From a virus, in the IMG/VR virus record IMGVR_UViG_3300025759_000064, positions 1 through 64,000 of that record: 64,000 bases of DNA; one strand, 5' to 3'. A program made the position numbers and the translations under genes. Below, piece after piece: positions 30,501 to 39,338 of this stretch (positions are counted from its first letter, which is position 1; the number at the start of each line of letters is the position of its first letter). The notes under the pieces were generated by a model that was not told the origin of the DNA, made no database searches, and saw only the letters and a list, made by a program, of their open reading frames with translations.

Positions 30501-32925
30501 AACCGACCCAGCCATTTTCTTCTTCATCTCCATATTCTAATATTGGTGCTAGACCCGGTGAACGGGTATGGTCGTGGTCGGAACTGTTAGTCTTGTTGGT
30601 TCTACCTTTACCTCTTTTACTCCCAGTTTTATATTGAGAATGTACAGTAGCATCTGTTTTTGATAATATACCTAGAGCGCTTGTATGATTAGGTACACCA
30701 TATTCTAAGTAATCAGAATGTAAATGTCCGTATGCACCTACTGTTTTAGGATTGGCTTCTATCTTTCCCCCTTCTACTTTTTCTCCTAAAGCAGATATAT
30801 TTCCTTCAAAATCATGCGCTTTGAAATCATGTAAGATTTCTGCTAGTGTGGTGATAGGTCTACCGTGACCCCCAACGTTTGCAAAAGCGTGTGAGAAAGG
30901 ATACGCTAAGGTTCTATACTTTCCGTCATGGTCATAAAAATGTTTTTCGTCACCTTCTTTCAATAAAGGATTATCTTTTCGTGGACCATTTGGAGTTCTA
31001 AACGTAGTTAATGCGTTTCTTATAGGTTTAGCCATTTCAGAAATACCCATGTGTGTTTGTAATTCTTTTTTTACGGCTTTCATTACGTCTTTCGATAAGA
31101 AAGGCTCTTTTTGCCCCTTAAACATAGAATGCATAGACGGTGATAAATCATCTTGATTGTAACCCACAAGTTTGTGTAAGCCGTCGGGACTCAAGAGAAT
31201 ATGACTTCCATCTGATAATTTTTTAGCAAAAGCCTCTTTTAGAGTACCGCCTTCTTTCAAAACTTTCTCATACTCTTTAATATCACTTGGGCTAAAAGGT
31301 GGTAAGTTTCTTTGTGCTGGTCCATGTTCACCCGCTTCAAAATATTCTAATAATTTATCACCTTCATAGTGGTCTTCTATATTGTCTATGAGATGTTGGT
31401 AAGCGGTTTTGTCAAACATTTTTTTCTTTGTATCATTTTCATCGTACGAATAAGGCTCACCTTCGTGTACGAAACCATCTTTTAGATAGACACCTTTTAG
31501 CGCTTTGGCTACCATTCCTTCTGTTCCGAGTCTAGTATTATCAGTATCTGCTTCTATATGTTTAGCCTTATTAGCGCCCGGATGCTTTTGACTTCTAGTC
31601 CAATGGTCTACCTCTGCATTATTTCTCATTTGCATATTGGCTTTTATTCTATGCATGTGTATTCTTTGACCATCGGGTAAAGTAACAGACTGATGCGCTG
31701 GGTTGTCTGTACCGTATTTATCTATATGTTCTATAACTAAACTTCTTTCTTTTGGGGATAAAAACTCTAAACCTTTATTCCATGTATCCCAACCCATACT
31801 ATGACCATGAGGTATTTTTTCTGTATCGGCTAAAGTAGACCTACCCCTTGCATCTAAATCATCATAAGGATTATCACTAATTTTAGGTTCTATCGTTTCC
31901 GTGAAAATATCATTACTATCTAATTTTTTCATTCTATCGTTAAAATGGGCTTCTTCTAAATCCATACCCTGACTTTCTAACTCTTTTACAAGTTTAGGGT
32001 TTTCTTTTTGCCATCTTTTGAAATCTCTTAACCTTAGAGTATGTTGGTGTTTAGTGTCACTTTCATGCCCATCATTACCACCTAAGAAAGATAGTTGTCT
32101 TGATTTTCTGTTTTTGTTTACACCATGATAAACACCATGGTCTTTATTTCTATCTCTTTCATTGTAGTCTAACTTGTGGGCGTTTTCTATCTCCATACCC
32201 TTTTCCGCCCACTTGTTATCCGAAAGATAGTATTCTCTCAACATGTTTTCCCACTCAGGCATTCCGGTATCGACTCTTCTTTTACGAACTGGATGATGTT
32301 TTTCATCAAACGGGTTAGCATCTAAGTAGTGCTTTTCTGTAAATGCCGTAGGTTCAATAGATGCTGGTATATTACTACGTAAATTATCTCGCCCTTCTTT
32401 CCCACCATCGAAGGCAATTCTAAAAGGATTAAATTGAGGCCACATAGAGTGTTTCATAGTATGTGGAATCATATTTCTTGCACGATATGGACCATATTTT
32501 TCACCGTCTTTTTGTGGGCTGTGTAACGGATAATTATACTTTTTATTATCGTTTTCATCCCAAGTCCGTTTTGCTCTTCCAATCGTTTTTATTCTTCTTG
32601 GTTCTTTTCCTTCTTCTTGTATGTGTCTAAATACAGTATCTCGCCAATTATGGTCTGTGCCATACGATTTAGCCATCGCTGGTCTAAAGTTGTGCATTGT
32701 GCCAAACTCTGTTTTTTTCTCTTTAGCCTTAGATAGAATATATTCACTGAAAGAATCGCACACAACGTCAACATCTATTTTCTCATATGTGATGTTATGA
32801 TTCTCTAAGTTCATCTTAGAAATTAGATAATCTCCAACCTCTTGTTCCGGTGGAGTATTATCGTAAATTGCTTTTAGCAATTCAGTACGGTGTCTGATGT
32901 AAACTTGTATCGCATCTTCTTCCAT
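27511..32925 (-). CDS. Large putative internal head protein (~1,804 aa) with C-terminal ATP-dependent DNA-ligase-like domain
   Basis: Ligase-fold motifs EWVVSIQKDGKR, FVIDGIL, FYINDILLYD, RERIKIL, LLLRDAKSTY and KWV. Start placed at ATG 32925 (GAGGGA RBS) because a small ORF occupies 32937-33083. Confidence 0.75.
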   Translation of the reverse strand: MEEDAIQVYIRHRTELLKAIYDNTPPEQEVGDYLISKMNLENHNITYEKIDVDVVCDSFSEYILSKAKEKKTEFGTMHNFRPAMAKSYGTDHNWRDTVFRHIQEEGKEPRRIKTIGRAKRTWDENDNKKYNYPLHSPQKDGEKYGPYRARNMIPHTMKHSMWPQFNPFRIAFDGGKEGRDNLRSNIPASIEPTAFTEKHYLDANPFDEKHHPVRKRRVDTGMPEWENMLREYYLSDNKWAEKGMEIENAHKLDYNERDRNKDHGVYHGVNKNRKSRQLSFLGGNDGHESDTKHQHTLRLRDFKRWQKENPKLVKELESQGMDLEEAHFNDRMKKLDSNDIFTETIEPKISDNPYDDLDARGRSTLADTEKIPHGHSMGWDTWNKGLEFLSPKERSLVIEHIDKYGTDNPAHQSVTLPDGQRIHMHRIKANMQMRNNAEVDHWTRSQKHPGANKAKHIEADTDNTRLGTEGMVAKALKGVYLKDGFVHEGEPYSYDENDTKKKMFDKTAYQHLIDNIEDHYEGDKLLEYFEAGEHGPAQRNLPPFSPSDIKEYEKVLKEGGTLKEAFAKKLSDGSHILLSPDGLHKLVGYNQDDLSPSMHSMFKGQKEPFLSKDVMKAVKKELQTHMGISEMAKPIRNALTTFRTPNGPRKDNPLLKEGDEKHFYDHDGKYRTLAYPFSHAFANVGGHGRPITTLAEILHDFKAHDFEGNISALGEKVEGGKIEANPKTVGAYGHLHSDYLEYGVPNHTSALGILSKTDATVHSQYKTGSKRGKGRTNKTNSSDHDHTRSPGLAPILEYGDEEENGWVGYDGKSRTTRELDKNNIFSYNPYTARSKAGKDETSINMLAGHSHLLSTINRRASPPNSPANNFIKWSDIENNRNYLSTTDDLDTVMTNLPSASIKTVGDVVSGKDIEHLEMLQNELDIEQRGAKDSEIITSLRDKIKEIKSDMGMKEKRKREYTSTGSKKQGDRGNVRKNMEEAHTDDRQAVAEYFRTKIKPAIEKEHPNAFHPDNPKALLNTLRGVKDAQRGLYMDGDHNISIRAHHYTKKEEDMTSDTHYNLANQMKTLGPLTNNVIDPSKHGVQDVLEMLDLPNDDAHKEHAQRYLQTLSGPVHAYSIGQLATMSVDGKPLQWHPDDKKLFDGKGHGDVHTHLDNLYREAKAGFPPDRKDTGNVYPKGHPKEGQISTTTNRDADRARGLFKRNPSYKGLNFLHQNARNEMKLGGYGLQYHQAPSPLTKLSKLHNAHNKSNEGTLLHQSQRGHSSLEYHHARRKDIASNILSFDTSPDIDLKPNVPVATKKEIGWMTAPVKPLRSLEGAVPQDHFTSGLMDWGWSGQAEIGAEHDYNGNISVGTNTSEEKFHSLPLTYLQSLHKDTHSPQHVESMLTNAEPFQQNPTQLTQNDTGQTPSDSFTNISKADLPKEIPLIEPLHRIFDIKDMSELRGFTGEWVVSIQKDGKRCKVSKKNGRVELEDENGVKQSCEDEMRASFRAACKKNFVIDGILNDGEFYINDILLYDTDDVTELTTRERIKILRGQFESYHPVFVPSPSDIRITDEVGLEDAVKELGKDSDKLLLRDAKSTYMKGEEKHPKWVMLAKSDITYHVPFTMEIDDSHFIIRLPEDVVKYDIVDNQAVNPVAAIGEITASDYSLKLAKSLESYWQEGLTELLKEELEVKGDSEVAVNHIDSDKIEEQSAGILKPKKDSNLIMKPNEMAKALLLIERALDKMEKGHSNMAGRGLGIDVGGGVESPRGPTSLTAEQSLPDWDMKKRPTEDLEKPEDYPGRKQKKKQTASQSSVFDDKNLDE

Positions 32926-32936
32926 GACATTCCCTC

Positions 32937-33083
32937 TCAGCCTCCGGTATTGTACCTTTGGTAATAAGGACAATCTCTGAGTGAAAGCCCCCTTGCTTGT
33001 TTACAACCTTCGTATGCGGTTGCACCACACATTTTACATGGGTCCATTTGTGCAACGCCTTTCTTGACGTACACTTTATTCAA
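32937..33083 (-). CDS. Small Cys-rich protein (48 aa; not in ORF track)
   Basis: TTG start; MNKVYVKKGVAQMDPCKMCGATAYEGCKQARGLSLRDCPYYQRYNTGG fills the gap exactly. Confidence 0.65.
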   Translation of the reverse strand: MNKVYVKKGVAQMDPCKMCGATAYEGCKQARGLSLRDCPYYQRYNTGG

Positions 33084-33085
33084 TC

Positions 33086-33472
33086 TTATCCCTCAACAAG
33101 ACGGTCTACTGTATCGTGAGTGTTAACTTTCAAAGTGTCTAAATTAACACTTTCACTAGATGCACCTTTGTTAGCAATATCTTCTGAATCTAAAAGACTT
33201 TGATTTGTGTGATAGAAAGCGTTGTATGTTTGACCGCCAGTTTCTATGTTAAATTGTACACCTTCCGGCTGTGTACCAAAACTTGTTTCTTTGTGATGAG
33301 TGCCTTTCTTCATAGAGGTGCATCCCGTTTTCATCATACAATCCATTTTTTTCATACCACAAGAAGGGCACTTTGCTTCTTTTTCAAGAGTATCTAGTCT
33401 CTCTGCTATTTCTTCTGCTTTTCTTAACATCTCGTATGCCTTAGGTGAGGCCGCTTCATATCTAGGTTTCAT
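33086..33472 (-). CDS. Hypothetical head-module protein (128 aa)
   Basis: Translationally coupled; CPSC...C...C motif. Confidence 0.65.
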   Translation of the reverse strand: MKPRYEAASPKAYEMLRKAEEIAERLDTLEKEAKCPSCGMKKMDCMMKTGCTSMKKGTHHKETSFGTQPEGVQFNIETGGQTYNAFYHTNQSLLDSEDIANKGASSESVNLDTLKVNTHDTVDRLVEG

Positions 33473-33819
33473 TAATACATCTCCTTTACTTCTCTATGCT
33501 GGTCTGCCATTTCATGTATATCGTCCCAACTCATTTCGTGAATCTGTTCGTTAGAATATTTATCAGGGTTATTTTCATCTTGTTTGAGTATAGTACCTGA
33601 TGATGTTTCCATATCTGCTCTAAAGGCATCAACAGTAACATCTTCCGACAATGGTGTAGAATAAGGCACGTAACCTGCTTTTCTCAAAATTATTTGCGGA
33701 TTATCCATTGCTTTTCGTAGCATGGCATTTTCAGCACGAACAGATTGAATATCTCTATCCATGGTTTCCATTTTAGAAATTAGAGCATTCATTAAACGCT
33801 CAGTTACATCTTCTTCCAT
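33472..33819 (-). CDS. Putative auxiliary scaffold protein (115 aa)
   Basis: Coiled-coil N-terminus. C-terminal MSWDDIHEMA matches the protease-scaffold end MSWDEVHNLA. Confidence 0.6.
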   Translation of the reverse strand: MEEDVTERLMNALISKMETMDRDIQSVRAENAMLRKAMDNPQIILRKAGYVPYSTPLSEDVTVDAFRADMETSSGTILKQDENNPDKYSNEQIHEMSWDDIHEMADQHREVKEMY

Positions 33820-33828
33820 TCTAAAGCC

Positions 33829-34206
33829 TCAGTTACCGGGAGAATAACGTCCGTATGTGCCTCTTGCTGGCTTCATTTGTGAATTAGTTCTTGAGGACAT
33901 AATTGTTCCATTTAATTGTCTATCTCTCATTGAAGGGTCGAAGTTAGAACCAGTTTTGTTAAACTTTAGAACTGGGCTTCTGTGTTCCCATCCATTGTCG
34001 GGAGTAACTACTTCTGTTTCTGCTTTCTTTATTGCAAACTCTAAGTCTGTTTCCATGTTAGTTGCATACTTTAATAATTCATTTAGATGTTGGCGTGCGT
34101 CGTCTGCATTACCGTCTTCTAGAGCCTTAGTAAAAGCCTCATTATGTGCGGTCATTTTTCTAGCCATTGGATGCATTTTCAATAAGTCCATGTGGTTCAC
34201 TACCAT
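33829..34206 (-). CDS. Hypothetical head-module protein (125 aa)
   Basis: Lies between portal and the large internal protein; helical N-half. Confidence 0.65.
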   Translation of the reverse strand: MVVNHMDLLKMHPMARKMTAHNEAFTKALEDGNADDARQHLNELLKYATNMETDLEFAIKKAETEVVTPDNGWEHRSPVLKFNKTGSNFDPSMRDRQLNGTIMSSRTNSQMKPARGTYGRYSPGN

Positions 34207-34231
34207 TTGCGTGTATGCGATGCTACTTTAA

Positions 34232-35962
34232 TTATGCGCCTTTTATCCGTCTAGAGTTCATTAAAGCGCGAGAATTGTTCTGCGCAACTGAATTAGGAGG
34301 ACCGCGTTGTTGAACACTGGTTACTGGTGACCCAATACCCGGACTTCCTCTATTTTGAGGAGAGGCTGGTCCTCTTGGAGTACGGATACCCATACCCTCA
34401 CCACCGGGCTGTGATGGTGGCATCGCATTAGCCAACAAACCCGGAGGACTTGCGCCCATTTGTTGAGCCATTGGGCCACCGCTTCCGGGTGACATTCCTT
34501 GAGGCGGTTGCATTCCCGGCGGCATCGGAGGTGCGCCATCTTGTTGCTCATTCATCTGTCGATAAGTAAATCGTATATCTCTATCTCCCTGTTCCATTAA
34601 TTCAGGCTTGTATCCAAGCATCATCATTCTTTGTGCAAGGTTAACTTCCATCTCATCTCTTCGTAATCGAGTAATCTCATCTTCTTCTTCATTCGGATAA
34701 AGAGTCAACTTCCAATCTGTTACTTCCATTTGTCTTAACATTCTAGGAAATAGAACTTGCGTGTAGACTTTCTGACCAAACTCAACAGCCCTGTTAGTTA
34801 CAAGTATTTGCATACCTTCGTTATTTAATCCGCCGGATTTTCCGCTATCAATCATAAAGATACTACTTACACCAAAGAATGCTGCTATTCTATTACGCAT
34901 CTCATCTCTAACAGGAATATATTGCATCTCTTCTAACGTATCCATGAACTTTACCCAATTCACACCACCTCTACCAGTTTGGCTTTCAATACCAATTTTA
35001 GGTATGTAGTGTGGGTCTCTTTCCATTTTTTCGTCTACACTTTTCCAAAATGATTTCATTGATTCTAGATTATCTGTGGTCACAGAGATAATTCCTTTTG
35101 GACTTCTTCTCTTCTGATATGAGGTATACATGTAATTATCCATTGCAGTAAGTGTCATAGCCTGTCTCCACATTGTGTTCACAGGACTTCTACCATACAA
35201 TTTAGATGGGTTGTATTTACTAATGTGTATTACTTCTCCTTCTAAGTAATACTGTGTTTTACCACTACCAGCCATATTTGCATAGTGCGCTTCTTGCATA
35301 TTATTGCCGCAAACTTCACACTTGTCATCTTGACCGGGATAGGAGATTTGGTCTCTATGAAGAGGACATACTTTGTATCTTCCACCTCGCACACCGCGCT
35401 TATCAGATATAATTCTCATAAAGATAGGGTCGCCTCTAATCAATTCTTTAACCCTGTAAAACTTAATGTCCGATGTTTCGGGGTCTACGAAATATTCTTT
35501 TACACAGATTAAGAAAGCATCATCTACTATTTCTAAATCTCTTTCTATTTCTTGCAACACGTGCATGAAATCTTGTTCCATAGAGTTTTGTTGCTCTAGT
35601 AACCACTTAGGGTAGATTAGTTGTTGTACGTCAGGCTGTTTTACTTCCCCTCCACATAACTTACAACTATCTACTTCGTGAGTATATTCTTCACCGCAGT
35701 CCTTGCACTTGTGCTGAAACTTCTTTTCCCAATAATAACCTCTTCTAAATATCTCTTGTCCTAGTTTAGAAATTACAGTTCTAAGAATCAAGTTTTCTTG
35801 TGATACTGCATAAAGCGCTGGAATAGTAATACCTTGTGCTAATACAGGCTCTTGAATACCAGTTGTGTATAACGGCATTTGCGGCTCAGGAGTTGTTCTA
35901 CTTCTAAACGGACTACCTAATGCAGAGATTAATCGACCTATTCTTCCTTGTTCTTCTGCCAT
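34232..35962 (-). CDS. Portal protein with Zn-ribbon insertions (576 aa)
   Basis: IERDLEIVDDAFL, EVIHI...LYGRSP, PKGII and RNRIAAFFGVS are portal motifs. CKDC/CKLC and CPLH/CEVC inserts; Pro/Gly/Gln-rich tail. Confidence 0.88.
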   Translation of the reverse strand: MAEEQGRIGRLISALGSPFRSRTTPEPQMPLYTTGIQEPVLAQGITIPALYAVSQENLILRTVISKLGQEIFRRGYYWEKKFQHKCKDCGEEYTHEVDSCKLCGGEVKQPDVQQLIYPKWLLEQQNSMEQDFMHVLQEIERDLEIVDDAFLICVKEYFVDPETSDIKFYRVKELIRGDPIFMRIISDKRGVRGGRYKVCPLHRDQISYPGQDDKCEVCGNNMQEAHYANMAGSGKTQYYLEGEVIHISKYNPSKLYGRSPVNTMWRQAMTLTAMDNYMYTSYQKRRSPKGIISVTTDNLESMKSFWKSVDEKMERDPHYIPKIGIESQTGRGGVNWVKFMDTLEEMQYIPVRDEMRNRIAAFFGVSSIFMIDSGKSGGLNNEGMQILVTNRAVEFGQKVYTQVLFPRMLRQMEVTDWKLTLYPNEEEDEITRLRRDEMEVNLAQRMMMLGYKPELMEQGDRDIRFTYRQMNEQQDGAPPMPPGMQPPQGMSPGSGGPMAQQMGASPPGLLANAMPPSQPGGEGMGIRTPRGPASPQNRGSPGIGSPVTSVQQRGPPNSVAQNNSRALMNSRRIKGA

Positions 35963-35963
35963 A

Positions 35964-37106
35964 TTATATCGCCTCCGCCCATTTTGTTATATCGTCGGCT
36001 TGCACTCCCCATTCCGAAAGGAGCGCATTCGACTTATTGGTATCATCGCTCCAATTGTAGTATCTTACGACTTTCTTTAATTCTTCTTTCTTTAATCCAT
36101 CGTTTTCTTCTATGTATGCTAAAACCGCTTTTGCTTGAGTTTTCTTCATTTCTAAAAACGGTAATATACCTTTCAATAGTTTACTAATATCTGCCTTAGA
36201 ATAAAATTGTAATCTGTGTTGACTTCTTTGATTATCTTTGTATATTTTTTGGTCTAATTGTAAAACACCGCAATCTAAAGTTTTTTGCAATTGTTCACAA
36301 TGTACTTTACCTCTTGAACCAGTAGCGATAAATCCGGCTCTAGGTTCACCTCTCCCTGTAATTGTAATATACCCATCTGCATCTAAGAAACCCGCAGCAT
36401 ACGCCCATGGGTCTTTTATGATTAATCCAGTTCTATCCATTTTTACAAATGTGCCTCTAGATGCCCCGGCCATAATATCTACTTCTTCCCCATACATACT
36501 GAGTAATTTTGCTAATTTCATAGATGTCATACTTTTGTGTAATATATTTCTATCGTAAAGATTAGCAAATAACGTTCTACCGCTCATAGTACCTTTTTCT
36601 AAAAGTATTTCAGCACTTTTTACTAACGCCTCTCGGTCTTTTTCATTTAGTCTATCCATTTGATGAAGTGTACTTTTCCATACTTTCCTTGCATCTCTTT
36701 TACCGTCCATTGCAGCCACCCATGCTTTTTTCTGTTCGTCTTGCCACACATCTTCATATTCTTCAAGCATTTTCAAAGCGTCGTCTGATTTCTGCCATTG
36801 GTGACAGGCTCTTTGTAAACTAACTCTACGAGAGTCGCCAAACTTTCTCAAGGCTTTCATATTATTATCAGACATTCCTAATTCTTTTATCACATCAGAG
36901 TATTGCTCACACCAACTATGCATTTTTAGAGTAGCATCTAATTCCATACTTTTCATAGCCCGTATATCTTCTATGGCTTTATCAATAAACTCTTTTTCAT
37001 CTTTGTTGCTTCTTCTAGCCTTTCTAAGTCGATGTACTAACTCTGTCGCAGAATAACCTAAATTGGCTTCAAACCAACCATCGTTATTCTTAGAAAAAGT
37101 ATTCAT
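35964..37106 (-). CDS. Protein with C-terminal LAGLIDADG domain (380 aa)
   Basis: WAYAAGFLDADGYI motif and ILPFLEMKKTQA downstream signature; ~230-aa helical N-terminal extension. Confidence 0.8.
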   Translation of the reverse strand: MNTFSKNNDGWFEANLGYSATELVHRLRKARRSNKDEKEFIDKAIEDIRAMKSMELDATLKMHSWCEQYSDVIKELGMSDNNMKALRKFGDSRRVSLQRACHQWQKSDDALKMLEEYEDVWQDEQKKAWVAAMDGKRDARKVWKSTLHQMDRLNEKDREALVKSAEILLEKGTMSGRTLFANLYDRNILHKSMTSMKLAKLLSMYGEEVDIMAGASRGTFVKMDRTGLIIKDPWAYAAGFLDADGYITITGRGEPRAGFIATGSRGKVHCEQLQKTLDCGVLQLDQKIYKDNQRSQHRLQFYSKADISKLLKGILPFLEMKKTQAKAVLAYIEENDGLKKEELKKVVRYYNWSDDTNKSNALLSEWGVQADDITKWAEAI

Positions 37107-37194
37107 TTTAAGAACTCCAGTACACCCAATTCTCTATCCAAAAAGTATTATTTTCCCATTCATCTTTCATTATTGTATCATTCATCTTCTTCAC

Positions 37195-38676
37195 CTATGG
37201 TATCATTATCGAGTCATTTTTGCTTTCGCCCTTAAACCACTCATCAAATCCGGGCATGTAATCATCTAAGAGTGTAATGCTTCCCTTGAACTCCTTAGAT
37301 GCCCAATTTGCTAGTGCTAAACTCATCGCCAAGTCATCATGTACGCCTACACTTTCTAGTTTACCATTTTTCTGCATTCCGAATCTATTCAACTCTTGCT
37401 CAACTTTGTGAGTGTAGGTTCTACTTCTTTCATCACCATATGGTAATTTGATGTGGCCTTGTTCAAATGCGAGTAATAAACTCATAAACAACGACTCTTT
37501 ACGAGTACGAGTAGTCATAAATACTCTAATTGGCATATCTGCTCTCAACTCTCTCATTTCTTGTTCTAACATACGCTGAAAATTATTACCTTCAAGTTGA
37601 ATTAAATCAGGACTAAATCGACTATTTAGTAATACCATCATTCTTTTCTGAGCCATAGAAGACATACCTCTCTCATGTACCACGTGAACTATTTCTTTTG
37701 TTGCTTCACCGGGCTTTTGTCGCATCACAGTTATAGCGGTAAAATCGGCATTTTTATCAGATGATATAGCGGGGTCGTGTCCCACAAAATGTTGACCAAA
37801 GACTCCGTTTGCTTCACCTTCTTCGTTATAGAAAGTTTCAGCCCTGTCAATCAAAACAAGTTTAGGGTCTCTACATTTTTCTAATAATGGGCCGGGGAAC
37901 ATACTCGCCACGTCGTGAATCGGCTCACATAGGTATTCACGGCTAAACTGTATTGCTGGCATAGACATTCTTCTTTTCTCTAAAGATTCTAAATCCCATC
38001 TTTCAGGCCATAAGGCAACTCCTTCTTGGTTTATTGCTGGATAAGTTTCTACTCTAAAAGTTTCTTTTTGTTCTAATTCAGCGTATAAATCGTTGTAACT
38101 GAAAGGAGTTCCTACCATCATTAACTTACTACTGTGGTGAAGCACAGGTAACAAAACACCGTAAAACCAATCTGCTGTTTTAGCAAGTTCACTTGCAGTA
38201 GTACCCCATAGAATATCGTCACATACAACAATGTCAGGGTGGAAACCACGTGTAGCACCTCCAACTGACTTTGCCATCATACGGCTACCATTGGAAAACT
38301 CGAAGTAAGATTTAGCCCAAGGTTTACCCTGTGGCTTCAAATCTCTAAGTATATCGTGCCCTTCTATTGTATTACGTACAAAGCGCATGTGTTCAAGAGT
38401 TTGTTCAAGGGAGTGTGAGAATATCATAACGTGGGTATTAGGTTTGAATGCCGCTAACCATAACGCATACATCATAAAGAAAACTGATTTTCCGTGGTCT
38501 CTTGACGCTTTAACACAAAAATACTGAGATTCTTCTAATCCTTCTTTCCAAGATTCGTGATGGTGATTGTACATGAAACCTAGCATATCTACAAAAAAGT
38601 ACTTGAAAGATTTCTTAGACATCTCCGTATCCATATTAAGAATAAAGGCATCCATTTCTTCCTTATTCTTACTCAT
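37195..38676 (-). CDS. terL: Terminase large subunit (493 aa)
   Basis: Walker A ASRDHGKS, Walker B IVVCDD, coupling motif VGTP, nuclease GHDPA...DFTAI...HDDLAMSLALA. Confidence 0.95.
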   Translation of the reverse strand: MSKNKEEMDAFILNMDTEMSKKSFKYFFVDMLGFMYNHHHESWKEGLEESQYFCVKASRDHGKSVFFMMYALWLAAFKPNTHVMIFSHSLEQTLEHMRFVRNTIEGHDILRDLKPQGKPWAKSYFEFSNGSRMMAKSVGGATRGFHPDIVVCDDILWGTTASELAKTADWFYGVLLPVLHHSSKLMMVGTPFSYNDLYAELEQKETFRVETYPAINQEGVALWPERWDLESLEKRRMSMPAIQFSREYLCEPIHDVASMFPGPLLEKCRDPKLVLIDRAETFYNEEGEANGVFGQHFVGHDPAISSDKNADFTAITVMRQKPGEATKEIVHVVHERGMSSMAQKRMMVLLNSRFSPDLIQLEGNNFQRMLEQEMRELRADMPIRVFMTTRTRKESLFMSLLLAFEQGHIKLPYGDERSRTYTHKVEQELNRFGMQKNGKLESVGVHDDLAMSLALANWASKEFKGSITLLDDYMPGFDEWFKGESKNDSIMIP

Positions 38677-39338
38677 AAATACTCCTGTCGTAAAGCATTC
38701 ATTGGATGGTAATTATTACTATCATTAAACCAATTTTGGTCTTTACTCTCCTGTCGTAGAGATTGCATAGCAGCATTAGTCGGTGACGGTGACTCTTCTT
38801 CTGTAAACTCATCGTCTACTATCTGACGAGGAGGTGGTAATTGTTTTGGAGATGCGATTGTAGATACAGTAGTATTATTCTCAGGTGTACCCATTCCTTT
38901 CCCTCTTCTTACCCCGATTTGTGCTCCTAAAGTAGTAGAATACGGTTGTGCGGTTCGCCCCCCAGTATAAGCAGCAGTACCTATATTCGCCATCCCACTA
39001 AAGTCAAGCGGTTCACCACTAGAACTCAAATTGTAAAATGTGCTAAGACCGCCTAACCCAGCACCTGCATATAGACCCGCTCTGCCTAATCTTTTAGCCC
39101 ATTTTTCTCCATGTTTACCTTGTTCGACAGTGGCAGTACCATCTGTGGGTAATGCTCCGGGCGATGTAACGTTGCCCTGTTTGTCATACGTTCCATAAAC
39201 TGCATCCTCAGGTGTAACCCAATTTGGTAGATTATACATGACATTACCAAAACCACCTCCCGATTGACCACCACCCATCATAAAGGCTGACGATGGATTA
39301 GCACCAGCGTCTTTTCTAATAACGTAAACTTTACCCAT
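38673..39338 (-). CDS. Gly-rich putative ejection/internal protein (221 aa)
   Basis: Gly-zipper segment AGLYAGAGLGGL; N-terminus MGKVYVIRK. Confidence 0.5.
   Translation of the reverse strand: MGKVYVIRKDAGANPSSAFMMGGGQSGGGFGNVMYNLPNWVTPEDAVYGTYDKQGNVTSPGALPTDGTATVEQGKHGEKWAKRLGRAGLYAGAGLGGLSTFYNLSSSGEPLDFSGMANIGTAAYTGGRTAQPYSTTLGAQIGVRRGKGMGTPENNTTVSTIASPKQLPPPRQIVDDEFTEEESPSPTNAAMQSLRQESKDQNWFNDSNNYHPMNALRQEYL

Noticed and set aside
35964-37106. Intein or intron interrupting terL or portal
   Set aside because: Both flanking genes look complete, and no Hint splice-junction residues are evident.
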